From IMG/VR virus record IMGVR_UViG_3300042368_001013, positions 1-64,000 of that record: DNA of 64,000 bases. The stretch is one strand, 5' to 3'. The position numbers were made by a program, and so were the translations under genes. The notes under the pieces are model-generated. The model searched no databases and had not been told where the DNA came from. It saw only the letters and a list, made by a program, of their open reading frames with translations. Within the stretch, counting starts at the first letter, position 1, and each line of letters opens with the position of its first letter. Of the stretch, positions 45,477 through 55,753 are shown piece by piece. Source of the DNA: a virus.

Positions 45477-45478
45477 TT

Positions 45479-45670
45479 TTATCTACTGTATTGTCTGTTT
45501 AAAGCCATTTCTTGTTGCATTCTTTTTTCTTCTGCCAAAAGATTAATATAAATTTCTCTTTCCCAGAATAACATATTTTCAATATCTTCTAAAGACCATT
45601 TGTAATTATTTACCAAAGAAAAGTTTGTTTTATAGTAATCAAATAGATCTAAGAAGTTTGAAGCAATGTA
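45479..45670 (-). CDS. g51: gp51-like baseplate hub assembly segment without own start codon (probable -1 frameshift extension of gp26)
   Basis: YYKTNFSLVNNYKWSLEDIENMLFWEREIYINLL in the -1 frame after T-TTT-TTT. Confidence 0.7.
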   Translation of the reverse strand, partial: YIASNFLDLFDYYKTNFSLVNNYKWSLEDIENMLFWEREIYINLLAEEKRMQQEMALNRQYSR

Positions 45671-46323
45671 AAAAAATTTAGGGTACCAGACACCTCTCTT
45701 TCTCCATCTTTTGCTGGGAGAATTGCATATAGTTCTGGTTGATTTTTTGAAATTTTCTCAATTTCTTTTAAGAAAGAATATGGTAAATTATCAATCAATT
45801 GTTTAAATTCATCGCTGATAAAAGTATCTAAATTATACACTTCATTTTTTACAATTATTGATGTAATGTACTTTTTAAATAAAGATAATTCATCATTTAA
45901 ATCACATTCCAATATTTTCATAATTTTTGGAGTTTTAATTTTTGCATATACACCCTCTTTAATTTGTATATTAACGTCAGTAAGTGTATTTTTTACTTGA
46001 ATGTTATCTATATTAATTTTAAAAGATTCTTCACCAATTTTAAGATTTAGTTCTTCACCAACACTCTTAGATCTAATCTTTAAATACAAGTACTCAGCAT
46101 CAGCAAGACATAGATCATCTATATCAACTCCAGAACTGTTTGTTTTTAAAATGTTTACCATTGCCATCAAGCATAGTTTTTTATTTTGTTCTTTTAAAAT
46201 AATTGATATATTTTTAGAATCTTTTACTTTAAATGGTACAAATTTTACAGTTTTTTGGCTAACTGGTAATACGGTTTCGTAGGTTGGGTTCAACTCTTGA
46301 ATAATATTTTTCAATTCGTTCAT
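45649..46323 (-). CDS. g26: Baseplate hub assembly protein gp26
   Basis: PTYE..LP.S...KF.PF.VK, D.EYLYLKIRSKSVGE, terminal G..NFF. Confidence 0.85.
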   Translation of the reverse strand: MNELKNIIQELNPTYETVLPVSQKTVKFVPFKVKDSKNISIILKEQNKKLCLMAMVNILKTNSSGVDIDDLCLADAEYLYLKIRSKSVGEELNLKIGEESFKINIDNIQVKNTLTDVNIQIKEGVYAKIKTPKIMKILECDLNDELSLFKKYITSIIVKNEVYNLDTFISDEFKQLIDNLPYSFLKEIEKISKNQPELYAILPAKDGEREVSGTLNFFTLLQTS

Positions 46324-46327
46324 AATT

Positions 46328-46942
46328 TTAAGGGGTACTTGGGGTTGGTGTTACTTCTTGTTTGAATTCTCTAAAACCAAATGTAACAGCATATTTTAGA
46401 TATTTATCGACAAATGCCATACTCATTTCAATTGGTTGTGTTTCTACAGGAAAAACTTCAAAAAAAGTTAATGTATTGTTAGTTCCACCATTAGGATTTA
46501 AAATTTCAATATTCATTGTACAGTTCTTAACAACTCTATCATAATATGGAGTTACATATGCTCCAAAATATAATGGGCTTGCGGAATTTGCTCTCGGGGA
46601 TCTATAAAATACATTGAACCAATTATTAAAAAAAGTCAATAAATGTTGATCATTAGTTATTGGAAAAATTAATTGAACACCAAATCCTCCGCTTAAGATA
46701 TCTTGACTGCGGGGAACAAATCTTCCTTGACCAAATCCCGATAAATTATCTTGAACCGTATTTATTGCTCTTGGACCCAATGCCATGTATTCGGCCTGCA
46801 CATAACCACCGCTATCGTCCCCTAAAACTACGCCAGATGGCAAACCGCTAAAGGACACTTTAAATCTATTGGCTAATTGTAATCCATTATGGTCAGTAAA
46901 ATATTGTTTTATTGATGTTATTGGATTAGTTGGTGTTGGCAT
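46328..46942 (-). CDS. Tail-tube-fold baseplate protein (gp54-like)
   Basis: G...NRF.V, FF..W, EVFP and V.F.F motifs. Confidence 0.65.
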   Translation of the reverse strand: MPTPTNPITSIKQYFTDHNGLQLANRFKVSFSGLPSGVVLGDDSGGYVQAEYMALGPRAINTVQDNLSGFGQGRFVPRSQDILSGGFGVQLIFPITNDQHLLTFFNNWFNVFYRSPRANSASPLYFGAYVTPYYDRVVKNCTMNIEILNPNGGTNNTLTFFEVFPVETQPIEMSMAFVDKYLKYAVTFGFREFKQEVTPTPSTP

Positions 46943-47354
46943 TTGAGAATATTTCTTTTTCTGTTAGTAACTTAAATTGCATATTGTTCTTTTGGCAAAA
47001 CGTTTTGGCTGCATTCCATTTTGCATTATTGATAACCCAGATAATTTTTTCTTTTTTAGATGCATTTTCTTTTAAAAAAGTTTGTTTAGCTGGCTTTACT
47101 TCTATTAACCAAGTTTGTAAATTATTTCCATTATTGAATTGAACTAAAAAGTCTGGAAAATAATTATGCATTTTCTTGTCAAGAGGATTTAGATATGGAA
47201 TAACTATTTCCTCGGATGACCATTTTGTTATATTAATATTTTCATCTAAAAATTTACACACTCTTCTTTCCCATAAGGAACGACATACAATATTGGTAGC
47301 ATCTCCAATATATTTTTTTATATTTTTGGGTTTAAATATTGTTTTGTATGCCAT
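46926..47354 (-). CDS. g4: Head completion nuclease gp4
   Basis: F.PKN..KY.GD...I..RSLWE, WSSEE, YFPDF, IEVKP and N.AKW.AA motifs. Confidence 0.92.
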   Translation of the reverse strand: MAYKTIFKPKNIKKYIGDATNIVCRSLWERRVCKFLDENINITKWSSEEIVIPYLNPLDKKMHNYFPDFLVQFNNGNNLQTWLIEVKPAKQTFLKENASKKEKIIWVINNAKWNAAKTFCQKNNMQFKLLTEKEIFSNANTN

Positions 47355-47391
47355 AAAAATATTTAGTTAATTTAAACTAAATAATAATATA

Positions 47392-48198
47392 ATGGTTTAC
47401 TTACGTCAATACCCCATAGCAAGTTCAAGTTTAACTAGCGAAGTTCCATATTGGTTAGTTTTTTATGCTGCTGATTATTCATTAAGAGCAGAAAACAGAA
47501 CTCGTATAGGTATAGCCTCCAGAGCTCATTCTAAATTAGTCTTACCATTTCCAAAAGAACCTGGATATTCTTTACGCCATGAATTTGGAGAAGGAACTAA
47601 TCCAGTTGGTCCAGTTCTTTCTATGGCCGCATTAAATAATTCTGGTGGAGATTTTGAACTTTTGTGGAATAGAATAATTGATCCGGCAAAATTTCAAAAT
47701 GAATATATGTATGCCACTACTACATATAGAAGATTTTCTAACGTAACAGAAGCCACAATGGTTTCTGAAGCAAGAAGAGAATACAATTTTGAATATATTT
47801 TTGTTCCAAAATCTGCAAACGAAAGCATAGAAGTTAGAGATATTGTTGGAACATTTAGAAAATCATCATATCCTGTAGTGGTTGCAGGTTTGCCAGAAAG
47901 ATCGTATCCACAATCACTTTGGACGTTAAGAGTAGCAAAAGGCACTCCAATTGGAGGTGGAGATTTAGATTTAAACTTGACTGCTGATTGGCTTGGTGAA
48001 CCAATGCCATTGGTTTTAACTTCCATGGTAGTTAAATATAGTGATGCATCAGATCCCATTGTAAGGACTTTGGCAAATGGTTATTCTTCTGTAACTCTTT
48101 TAGGTTTAACGTTTAGAGAGTTTGAAACTGGAACTTTCAAACCTGGTACAGATCAAGGTGCAATGCTACTATCAAAGTCAGAAATTATAGGTATGTAA
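47392..48198 (+). CDS. g48: Baseplate tail-tube cap gp48-like
   Basis: R.Y.F...F.PKS..E...I...F, VLT...V.Y and L.L.F.E motifs; synteny. Confidence 0.7.
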   Translation: MVYLRQYPIASSSLTSEVPYWLVFYAADYSLRAENRTRIGIASRAHSKLVLPFPKEPGYSLRHEFGEGTNPVGPVLSMAALNNSGGDFELLWNRIIDPAKFQNEYMYATTTYRRFSNVTEATMVSEARREYNFEYIFVPKSANESIEVRDIVGTFRKSSYPVVVAGLPERSYPQSLWTLRVAKGTPIGGGDLDLNLTADWLGEPMPLVLTSMVVKYSDASDPIVRTLANGYSSVTLLGLTFREFETGTFKPGTDQGAMLLSKSEIIGM

Positions 48199-48200
48199 TA

Positions 48201-49028
48201 ATGCATTATTCTCAAAGTTTAGGAAAAATTTTATATACGACCGAACTTGGAACTTTTAATGTTAGTGATTTAACTTCGTATTTTATTTTAGAAAATACAA
48301 AATTAAGTGCTGCAAATGTTGACGTATCTTCAAATACTACTTTATTGGAATTATCTAATACAGTTTATTCTGATGTAAATCTTTTTTGGTATTTTTTATA
48401 TGCCAATAACTCAATAAATCCATTTAATTTATTTGACACCGATACGGCAGATTTACTAAGTGAATATAGTACAAATACACAAATAAATTCAACAACACTT
48501 AGTGACGGGTATGATGTAATAGTTCCAGAAGGATCATTAATTTTACCTTGGGTAGCCAATTCTGGTGATACTTATAGTTATGGCTCTACTGGAAATTTTA
48601 GTCTAACTGGTGGATTTGGATTCATAAAGGAATTTAATCCATTTACAAAGGTAGCTACAATTATTCAACCAATTGGTGGTGTCACATTTGCCGTAAATCA
48701 AAAAGTAAATTATCTTGTAAATGGTGATACTTATAGTTCTATTGGATCTTATGGTGGTGAAACCAGATCAATTCAATATGTGCAAACTCAATTAGAAGCA
48801 ACAAAAGAAATTAAATATGAAATTTATGGAAATTTACAAGTATTTGGTATGATGGAAGATGATTTGCCCATAACCGAAAAAACTGATAATTTTGGATTTA
48901 CTGGTGCAACCAGTGCCATAAGTTATCAGCAATATGCACAAAACAAAAATACAAATATTCAATATTATTTACCATATACTTCAAAGTCGTTTCCATTTAC
49001 AAAAATTACACAAAATTATATTGTCTAA
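48201..49028 (+). CDS. g53: Baseplate wedge gp53-like
   Basis: LS..VY.D..LFW..L..N...NPF motif; synteny. Confidence 0.65.
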   Translation: MHYSQSLGKILYTTELGTFNVSDLTSYFILENTKLSAANVDVSSNTTLLELSNTVYSDVNLFWYFLYANNSINPFNLFDTDTADLLSEYSTNTQINSTTLSDGYDVIVPEGSLILPWVANSGDTYSYGSTGNFSLTGGFGFIKEFNPFTKVATIIQPIGGVTFAVNQKVNYLVNGDTYSSIGSYGGETRSIQYVQTQLEATKEIKYEIYGNLQVFGMMEDDLPITEKTDNFGFTGATSAISYQQYAQNKNTNIQYYLPYTSKSFPFTKITQNYIV

Positions 49029-49031
49029 TAT

Positions 49032-50996
49032 ATGCCATACTATACACCTCTAGATTCTCCAATAAAATCAATTTTTCTTGGTGGTATTAATATAATACCA
49101 CAAAATGATCTTTGTCGTTTTGAAAAAATTGAATTTACTGAAAGCGTATTTGATTTATTTCCAAATGGTTGTTTAGTTGTAAGAGATCTGAATGATGTTA
49201 TAAGTTACGTTAACAATTTATCTAATAAAAATTTTACAATTACATATGATAATGGAAACAGCGAAACATTTTATATAAATGGAACTGTGCATTTAAATAA
49301 CGCCGCATCAGAGACAGAAGAAAACTTTATTGGAATAAATTTTACAAATAAATTATTTCTTTTAAATCAAAATCTTTCTGTTACTAATTTATTAAAATCT
49401 TCTGGATTTCCACAAGTTTATAATATTGAAACTTTTTATTCTGAAATGGTAGCAAAAATAAAACAAAATTCTAATACTTCAGGCATTGATGCGCCCAAAT
49501 TAACTAATTTGGGTTCAAGAAAATTTTCTAATGTAATAGCGTATCGACCAATAAATCCACTAGAAGGTAAAACTGATGAAGCCAGTGAAAATCCTATTCA
49601 GTACATGAATTATATTTCAAGCTTGGCTTGTGATTCAAATACTTCTCAACCAAGATTTTTATTTTGGACAGGATTTAATAATGATATTAATTTAAAATAT
49701 TTTAGTGAAACTTTTGCCAATGAAACTGTATATGGTTATTATGGAGTATATCAACAAGATATTCCAAGTTTGATATCAGCGGGTGCGTTAAGAAAGAAAA
49801 TTTACGTATTAACAACATCCCCTGCATATCAATATTTAAATAGACAGTATTATTATACAAGAAAAACACCAAAACTTTTAAATAAATCATCATCATCTAC
49901 AACATCTGATGAGACTATTCTAATGAATCATCAGTTTTTGGATGATGGTACAAAGTATGATATTGAATTTGTAGTCGAATCAGGGGTCGTAAATAACTTA
50001 TCGGGCACTATTGGATTAAGCTCTTTAGAATATACAAATCATTATGGATACTATAACAAAAATGATACATTTACTCCATATGGCAATTCTACTTTATTGG
50101 GAATGGAATATGGCGTAAGTGATGTTTACGCAAATAAAGATATTATGGGTGTGGTTGCTCCATATCCATTTATTGATAATCCAGAGATGTGGAAAAATAT
50201 GTGGGATATGACTCCCGTACATCCTAATATAGGCACATCAATAACTGGATCTATTACAGCTACAAATACTAATTTACAAAAAGTTTTTCAAGTTAGAGAA
50301 TCATCAAAAACTTCAACTTCTAAATTAGAAAAAATAAAAGAAATAGAATTACAAAATTTTGTTTATTATGTTCTTTGTTGTTTAAAGGAACCTGTAGATC
50401 AAATAGAACAAGAAGAGACTTTTTTTGCTTGTCTTACAGGATGGCAACTTGATACAACCAATCCAAAACTTGGTTTGAATGGTGAGCCTTTGACATATAG
50501 ATATACTTGGAAACGAATTGGTGTAAATTTACTGTTTAATGACATTAATTTTTTTAATTTTACAAATCCAGAATTATCTCCTTGGGAACAAATGGATGAA
50601 GGTTCTGACCCACAAGATATTGAAACATGGGCTATAAATATAAATGAAAGAAAAAATTCTCTGTTAGGTGGCGATGTTTTAGGGGCATATTATGGTCCTG
50701 GTTGGTATACACAAAATTTAACAGAACCTGTTTTTAAAGATTCGGTTACTTATAGACCAATTGGCAATAGGGGTGGAAATTTAGAAGAATTCGTAGATGG
50801 TACTACCTGCCGTCATATTGTTATGATGAAAAAAATACCATTTATTCAAATTGTTTTAAACGCTAAAAATTATGAAGATGTAATTGGTATTGATCAGCAA
50901 AAGTTATTAGAATATATTGAAGCTTCAAAAGGAAAGTATCTATATTGCTTTGAACTATCTAACGTTACAGATGGTAAGTGCAATCCTATACAATAA
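49032..50996 (+). CDS. Baseplate hub protein (gp27-like), N-terminal part
   Basis: I...ES.F.....G.L...D at the N-terminus and FLFW motif; synteny. Confidence 0.55.
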   Translation: MPYYTPLDSPIKSIFLGGINIIPQNDLCRFEKIEFTESVFDLFPNGCLVVRDLNDVISYVNNLSNKNFTITYDNGNSETFYINGTVHLNNAASETEENFIGINFTNKLFLLNQNLSVTNLLKSSGFPQVYNIETFYSEMVAKIKQNSNTSGIDAPKLTNLGSRKFSNVIAYRPINPLEGKTDEASENPIQYMNYISSLACDSNTSQPRFLFWTGFNNDINLKYFSETFANETVYGYYGVYQQDIPSLISAGALRKKIYVLTTSPAYQYLNRQYYYTRKTPKLLNKSSSSTTSDETILMNHQFLDDGTKYDIEFVVESGVVNNLSGTIGLSSLEYTNHYGYYNKNDTFTPYGNSTLLGMEYGVSDVYANKDIMGVVAPYPFIDNPEMWKNMWDMTPVHPNIGTSITGSITATNTNLQKVFQVRESSKTSTSKLEKIKEIELQNFVYYVLCCLKEPVDQIEQEETFFACLTGWQLDTTNPKLGLNGEPLTYRYTWKRIGVNLLFNDINFFNFTNPELSPWEQMDEGSDPQDIETWAININERKNSLLGGDVLGAYYGPGWYTQNLTEPVFKDSVTYRPIGNRGGNLEEFVDGTTCRHIVMMKKIPFIQIVLNAKNYEDVIGIDQQKLLEYIEASKGKYLYCFELSNVTDGKCNPIQ

Positions 50997-51004
50997 GGAA
51001 ATTT

Positions 51005-51730
51005 ATGGCTGATTATATACCACAAGCTAAACAGATTAAAACAGTAAGTGCTGGTGAGGTAAGATATCTATTATATTCTCCCGGTTCACGGGATACTTAT
51101 GAATGCGCAAATCCTTTTATTACTCGTGGACTAACTCAATCAGCCAGCACCTATGATGATTGTAAAAATAATTCATTATATGGAGCAAAGGTAAAAGCAG
51201 TTGCAGATGCTGTTGCTGGTGGAGAATTTATTCCTAATTGGTTTGGACCTCCATCTTTGACTGACGATACGCCTTCTTCAATTGATAGCGTTCTTATTGG
51301 AGATCTTTCTCCCGAGTGCGGTAGTATTGAAACCAAACTTGGTGCAGATTGGAAGGGTTGTTTTTGGGCTGCGCCTGATGCTTTGTTCAGCTGCGAATGC
51401 CCAGAAGTTGGTTCTAAGTACTTAGAGTACCTAAAACTAAGATTAAATGTGGCAACATTCTGGAATACTCCAGTAGAAACACCTATTAAAAGAAAAAGAT
51501 TTTTAGATGCCATTACATATGGTCCAAAAATTACAATAGTAGTTGCTCCTGATCTCAGACTAAGACCTGGTGTTGTTATTGATGTTGCTGCAAATGCAAT
51601 AAGCGGTTATAATACAAGTACATCAAATTCAGTAATAAGCAAAAAATATTATGTAATTTCTGTAAAAAGCACTCTTACAAATTCTGGTGTTGGAGAAACT
51701 GCAGTTACTGCTGTAGAACTTCTATACTAA
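51005..51730 (+). CDS. Baseplate hub-like protein, C-terminal part (start MADYIP)
   Basis: I.V..D..L.PG..I...KYYV.SVK resembles the gp27/GpD C-terminus; AAGGA site. Confidence 0.55.
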   Translation: MADYIPQAKQIKTVSAGEVRYLLYSPGSRDTYECANPFITRGLTQSASTYDDCKNNSLYGAKVKAVADAVAGGEFIPNWFGPPSLTDDTPSSIDSVLIGDLSPECGSIETKLGADWKGCFWAAPDALFSCECPEVGSKYLEYLKLRLNVATFWNTPVETPIKRKRFLDAITYGPKITIVVAPDLRLRPGVVIDVAANAISGYNTSTSNSVISKKYYVISVKSTLTNSGVGETAVTAVELLY

Positions 51731-51738
51731 ATATTACG

Positions 51739-52122
51739 ATGATAAATTTAAAAGATTTTAATATCTTAGGATTAAAAATTAGCTCCAGCGCAGAAAAAAA
51801 AGATATTGCGATGGTTACGGGTTTTAACGAATATATTCAAAAAATAGAAAATATTTGTAAAACACAAAAAGGTGAATTGCCATCGGACCCTTATGTGGGT
51901 TCTGATTACTATAATCTAATTTTTAATCCTTCTGGTATTCAAAATTTAATTGAAACAGATCTTGAAAATTATATACAATATGCTATCAAAGACATTAACA
52001 ATATAAATGTTAGAATTAAATATTTTAATGATCAAAAAGTGATATTTGCTATAAAATTTTCTGCAGACACTTATTTAAAAAATCAACTGATGGAATGCAC
52101 AATTGAGGTCCCACTGCAATGA
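51739..52122 (+). CDS. g25: Baseplate wedge gp25
   Basis: I.Q.I.NI..T.KGE.P..P..GS.....F. Confidence 0.8.
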   Translation: MINLKDFNILGLKISSSAEKKDIAMVTGFNEYIQKIENICKTQKGELPSDPYVGSDYYNLIFNPSGIQNLIETDLENYIQYAIKDINNINVRIKYFNDQKVIFAIKFSADTYLKNQLMECTIEVPLQ

Positions 52123-53189
52123 GCTTAAACTTTAAAAATTTAGATGTTGCTTCTCTTGATTATAATGAAATTATAACATCATTAAAAAACTTTTTAAAGA
52201 GCGAACCTACTTTAAAAGATTTGGATTATGATAGTTCAGCCAGTGCAGTTAATATGTTATTGAACATATTGGCAACAGCAACGGCTTATAATGGTGTATA
52301 TGCTCAGTTAGGTTATAAAGAATCTTTTGTTAGTACTGCTACTCTTTTACCTTCACTTGTTGGCTTGGCTTCTAATTCTTCTATACTTTTGGAAGTTAAA
52401 AAATCAGCATCTACAACCAGAAATATTATTACTTATGGCGCTCTGAGCGCATATACTCCGTTTTATGCAACTAGCACCAGAGGAACAAATTTATTGTTTT
52501 TTAACATAGAAGATGTTCCGGCAGCAACAACAAGCACAATAACTTTATATTGCGGATCCGAAGTTGTTCAATATGGTAGCTGGGATTTTAATAGTCAATC
52601 AATGACCTTGCCATTAACAGTAGATCCAAATACCATTACTATGGCATCAACTGATGTAGATGGAAATACTATTTCTTGGGAAAGAGTAGATAAATCAAAT
52701 CCAGCCTCAACAACAACTGGTTATTATTTTACAGTTTTAAATACAGTTAATGGTTACTTGGTAACTTCTAATTTACCAGAATCGTTTGTTTTAACAAATG
52801 ATTATACTGTTTACTGCAAAGCCGTTATTTCAAATGGCGCAGAGGGAAACGAAGCTACTTTAGCCACAAATAGCAGCTATGCTGGATTCTTAACAATTTC
52901 TACACCAACAGGCGGTTATGATTCTCTTTCCACAACAAATGCAAAATCAAAAATTAATTTTTCAGCAAGAGCACAACATCGTTGTGTTACTTTGACAGAT
53001 TTTAAAAATGCAATATTGGCTTCTAGTATTGTAACTACATCAGAAGATCAAATAACTGTTGTCAATGCAGACCAACCAAGTACTATAAAAATTTATGTAA
53101 ATGGTATCAGTGAATCTGAAAGCAATGATCTTATTACATACTTGAGTGACATATCAGTAGCTGGTATCAACTTAATATATTCACAATAA
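52119..53189 (+). CDS. g6: Baseplate wedge gp6 (short form)
   Basis: LDY..I...LK.FL.....D.DY..S....LL.ILA....YN...ESF..TA and AQ.R.VT..D. Confidence 0.8.
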   Translation: MSLNFKNLDVASLDYNEIITSLKNFLKSEPTLKDLDYDSSASAVNMLLNILATATAYNGVYAQLGYKESFVSTATLLPSLVGLASNSSILLEVKKSASTTRNIITYGALSAYTPFYATSTRGTNLLFFNIEDVPAATTSTITLYCGSEVVQYGSWDFNSQSMTLPLTVDPNTITMASTDVDGNTISWERVDKSNPASTTTGYYFTVLNTVNGYLVTSNLPESFVLTNDYTVYCKAVISNGAEGNEATLATNSSYAGFLTISTPTGGYDSLSTTNAKSKINFSARAQHRCVTLTDFKNAILASSIVTTSEDQITVVNADQPSTIKIYVNGISESESNDLITYLSDISVAGINLIYSQ

Positions 53190-53190
53190 A

Positions 53191-53814
53191 ATGCTTTTAC
53201 TATTTAATAAAATTCCAGTAACGCTTGAGGTAAAACTCAAAAAAATGGTAGAAAATGCCAAAAGCACTTTAGGATCAGATTTTTATAATTTGGCCGGAAG
53301 TCCTTGGTTTGGCGATAAATTGACTGTAAAATCTTTATTTCCAAACTGGATTTATAAAGAATCTATAAAAGATCCTTCTAATGTATTAATTGTTAAAATT
53401 ATTCAATCATATTTAAGATGGCTTTTTAGTGAAAAATATGGATACGGTGGTAAAATTGATTGGGAAAATATTCAATGCCCATGGACAATAAATGATAAAT
53501 TTTTAGAAGGTTTATCTGATAAATATTTTCCATATGAAGATTTTTCTGAAGGTTCAGTTTTAAGAGATTTACTTCCAAACATTAAAAAATTTGCTATTAA
53601 TTGTGATGAAAATTATTATAATATGAAAGGAAGTTGTATGGCTGTAAAATATCTTTTAACAACTTTAATAAATCTTCCGATAGATCAATGTGATGTACAA
53701 ACTGGAAGCCCAGGTTTTATGATAGTCCGGGCAAATGTTCCAGAAAAATATAAACCATTTTTAAATAGATCAGTATATCCAGCAGGAACTTATATCTTAT
53801 ACGAAACTCCATGA
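53191..53814 (+). CDS. Baseplate wedge gp7-like (short form)
   Basis: P.W...Y..WL, Y..KG..., YPAG motifs; follows gp6. Confidence 0.55.
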   Translation: MLLLFNKIPVTLEVKLKKMVENAKSTLGSDFYNLAGSPWFGDKLTVKSLFPNWIYKESIKDPSNVLIVKIIQSYLRWLFSEKYGYGGKIDWENIQCPWTINDKFLEGLSDKYFPYEDFSEGSVLRDLLPNIKKFAINCDENYYNMKGSCMAVKYLLTTLINLPIDQCDVQTGSPGFMIVRANVPEKYKPFLNRSVYPAGTYILYETP

Positions 53815-54254
53815 TAAGTAAAATAATGATGTTTGCGATGTCTATCGCATCACGTGGAAAAGATAATAATAAAATAAATGATGATGTAAAGAAACTGAGA
53901 TATGTTTCTTGTTTTGGAATAGGTAATCCAAAACCATGCTCTAATCTTAAAAAAAGCGACAAATCAAATTTTTATTACTGTGGTGGATGTGGTTGTGGTG
54001 ACCATAGCCACACATGGCTTTTAAGAGAACATGGAACATATTCTAAGCTAGATTATCCATATTTAAACTGCCCTTTAAAAATGCCAGGGTTTTCAAACTA
54101 TGATCCAAACTCTCCAGAACAAGATTTGCATAGAAAAAAACAAATTGAAAATTTGCCACCTGAGATTGTTCAAAGAGTAAATCTTACAGTATCTGTAAAT
54201 AAACAAAAACAAGATATGTTTGATGCTATAAATAAAATTATTGAAAATTCATAA
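53811..54254 (+). CDS. Cys-rich hypothetical protein
   Basis: CGGCGC...CPL module shared with 30479..31183. Confidence 0.65.
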   Translation: MISKIMMFAMSIASRGKDNNKINDDVKKLRYVSCFGIGNPKPCSNLKKSDKSNFYYCGGCGCGDHSHTWLLREHGTYSKLDYPYLNCPLKMPGFSNYDPNSPEQDLHRKKQIENLPPEIVQRVNLTVSVNKQKQDMFDAINKIIENS

Positions 54255-54262
54255 ATAATTTT

Positions 54263-55093
54263 ATGGCGGCAACAACTAGACAACAATTTATCGACTATTG
54301 TTTTAGAAACTTGGGTGCTCCTGTAATACAGGTAAATATAGATCCACAACAAGCACAGGATCGTTTAGATGAAGCATTAGAGTATATGTTTGAAAGACAC
54401 TTTGATTTTAATCAAAGGGCTTTGTTTTTATACACTATGACTTCTGATGATATTAACAGAAGATATTTTGATACCACTACATTTGGTAGTGCTGTTGGTG
54501 CCCAACCAAGATATGACCCATCTACTGGTATTACTGGTGATTGGCCACAAGCAACTGACATTAGAACTATTACAAAAGTTTATACACCATCAGATGTTTC
54601 TGGGTCTTATATGTTTGATTTGAGATATCAATTAACTTTATTTGATTTCTTTGGTTTGTATTTCAATCAAGGAGCTTTGAATAGTGGACCAATGGCATCC
54701 TATATGGAATCCATGAGTTATTTAAAAATGGTTAATGATGTATTTAATTATCCACCTGCCTATACATACACCAGAACAACTGATCGTCTTACATTAGATC
54801 TAGATTGGACTCGATTGGTTCCTGGATCATATCTTTTGGTTGAATCCTATGTTCAAATTGATCCAAATCAATATCAAAAAGTTTGGCAAGATAGAGTATT
54901 TAAAAAGTATTACACAGCATTATTAAAGAAACAATGGGCACAAAATTTAATGAAGTTTGCTGGGGTGCCATTGCCTGGTGGCGCCCAATTAAATTCTGCA
55001 GCCATAATGGCTGAAGCATTGAATGAACTAAATCAAATCGAAATAACGCTAACAAAAACACAAGAATTGCCACCAGATCCAATGATAGGATAA
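54263..55093 (+). CDS. g13: Neck protein gp13
   Basis: R...IDYC.R.LGAPVI.VN, K.QW..NL.KF.G..LPGG..LN. Confidence 0.92.
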   Translation: MAATTRQQFIDYCFRNLGAPVIQVNIDPQQAQDRLDEALEYMFERHFDFNQRALFLYTMTSDDINRRYFDTTTFGSAVGAQPRYDPSTGITGDWPQATDIRTITKVYTPSDVSGSYMFDLRYQLTLFDFFGLYFNQGALNSGPMASYMESMSYLKMVNDVFNYPPAYTYTRTTDRLTLDLDWTRLVPGSYLLVESYVQIDPNQYQKVWQDRVFKKYYTALLKKQWAQNLMKFAGVPLPGGAQLNSAAIMAEALNELNQIEITLTKTQELPPDPMIG

Positions 55094-55096
55094 CAT

Positions 55097-55747
55097 TTGA
55101 AAAATCCGTATTTTCAAAATTATGAGCCAGAACAAGATTTAGTAGAAGGAATAACAATTGAAATTATTCAAGCTACTGGAGTTGACTGCTATTATATTCC
55201 TAGAGACTATCTTTCAATAGATAAAATATTTGGAGAAGATCCTGGTTCCTACTTTGACAATGCATATGTTTTAGAAATGTATTTACAATCATTTAAAGGG
55301 TTTGAAGGAAACGATGTTATCACTCAGTTTGGTTTGGAAATCAAAGATAAAGTAAATTTAGTTTTTGCTAGAAAAAGATTTAAACAAGAAGTTACAAATA
55401 AAAATTCAGCACTAACGAGACCTCGTGAAGGAGATTTGATTTATTTTCCACCATCAAAGTCATTGTTTGAAATAAACTTTGTAGAACATGAAAATCCATT
55501 TTATCCACTGGGAAGATTGTATTCATATTTTATAACAGCTGAACTCTTTACTTACAGTTACGAAAAACTTTCTACTTCTATAAATGCCGTTGATCAGCTT
55601 GTAAATAATACTAGAGGATTCTCTGGAAGTACAATAATTCCATTGAATAACGGACTTGGGACTACTGCTGGCGTAAATGATGTTCTTCAAACTGAAGCTG
55701 CGGGGTACACATTTGATCCGAATAATCCATTTATTGATTGCGAGTAA
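55097..55747 (+). CDS. g14: Neck protein gp14
   Basis: EQ.L.E....E.I...G...YYIPR, RP.EGDLIYFP, FEI.FVEHE.PFY.LG. Confidence 0.92.
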   Translation: MKNPYFQNYEPEQDLVEGITIEIIQATGVDCYYIPRDYLSIDKIFGEDPGSYFDNAYVLEMYLQSFKGFEGNDVITQFGLEIKDKVNLVFARKRFKQEVTNKNSALTRPREGDLIYFPPSKSLFEINFVEHENPFYPLGRLYSYFITAELFTYSYEKLSTSINAVDQLVNNTRGFSGSTIIPLNNGLGTTAGVNDVLQTEAAGYTFDPNNPFIDCE

Positions 55748-55753
55748 TAAACT

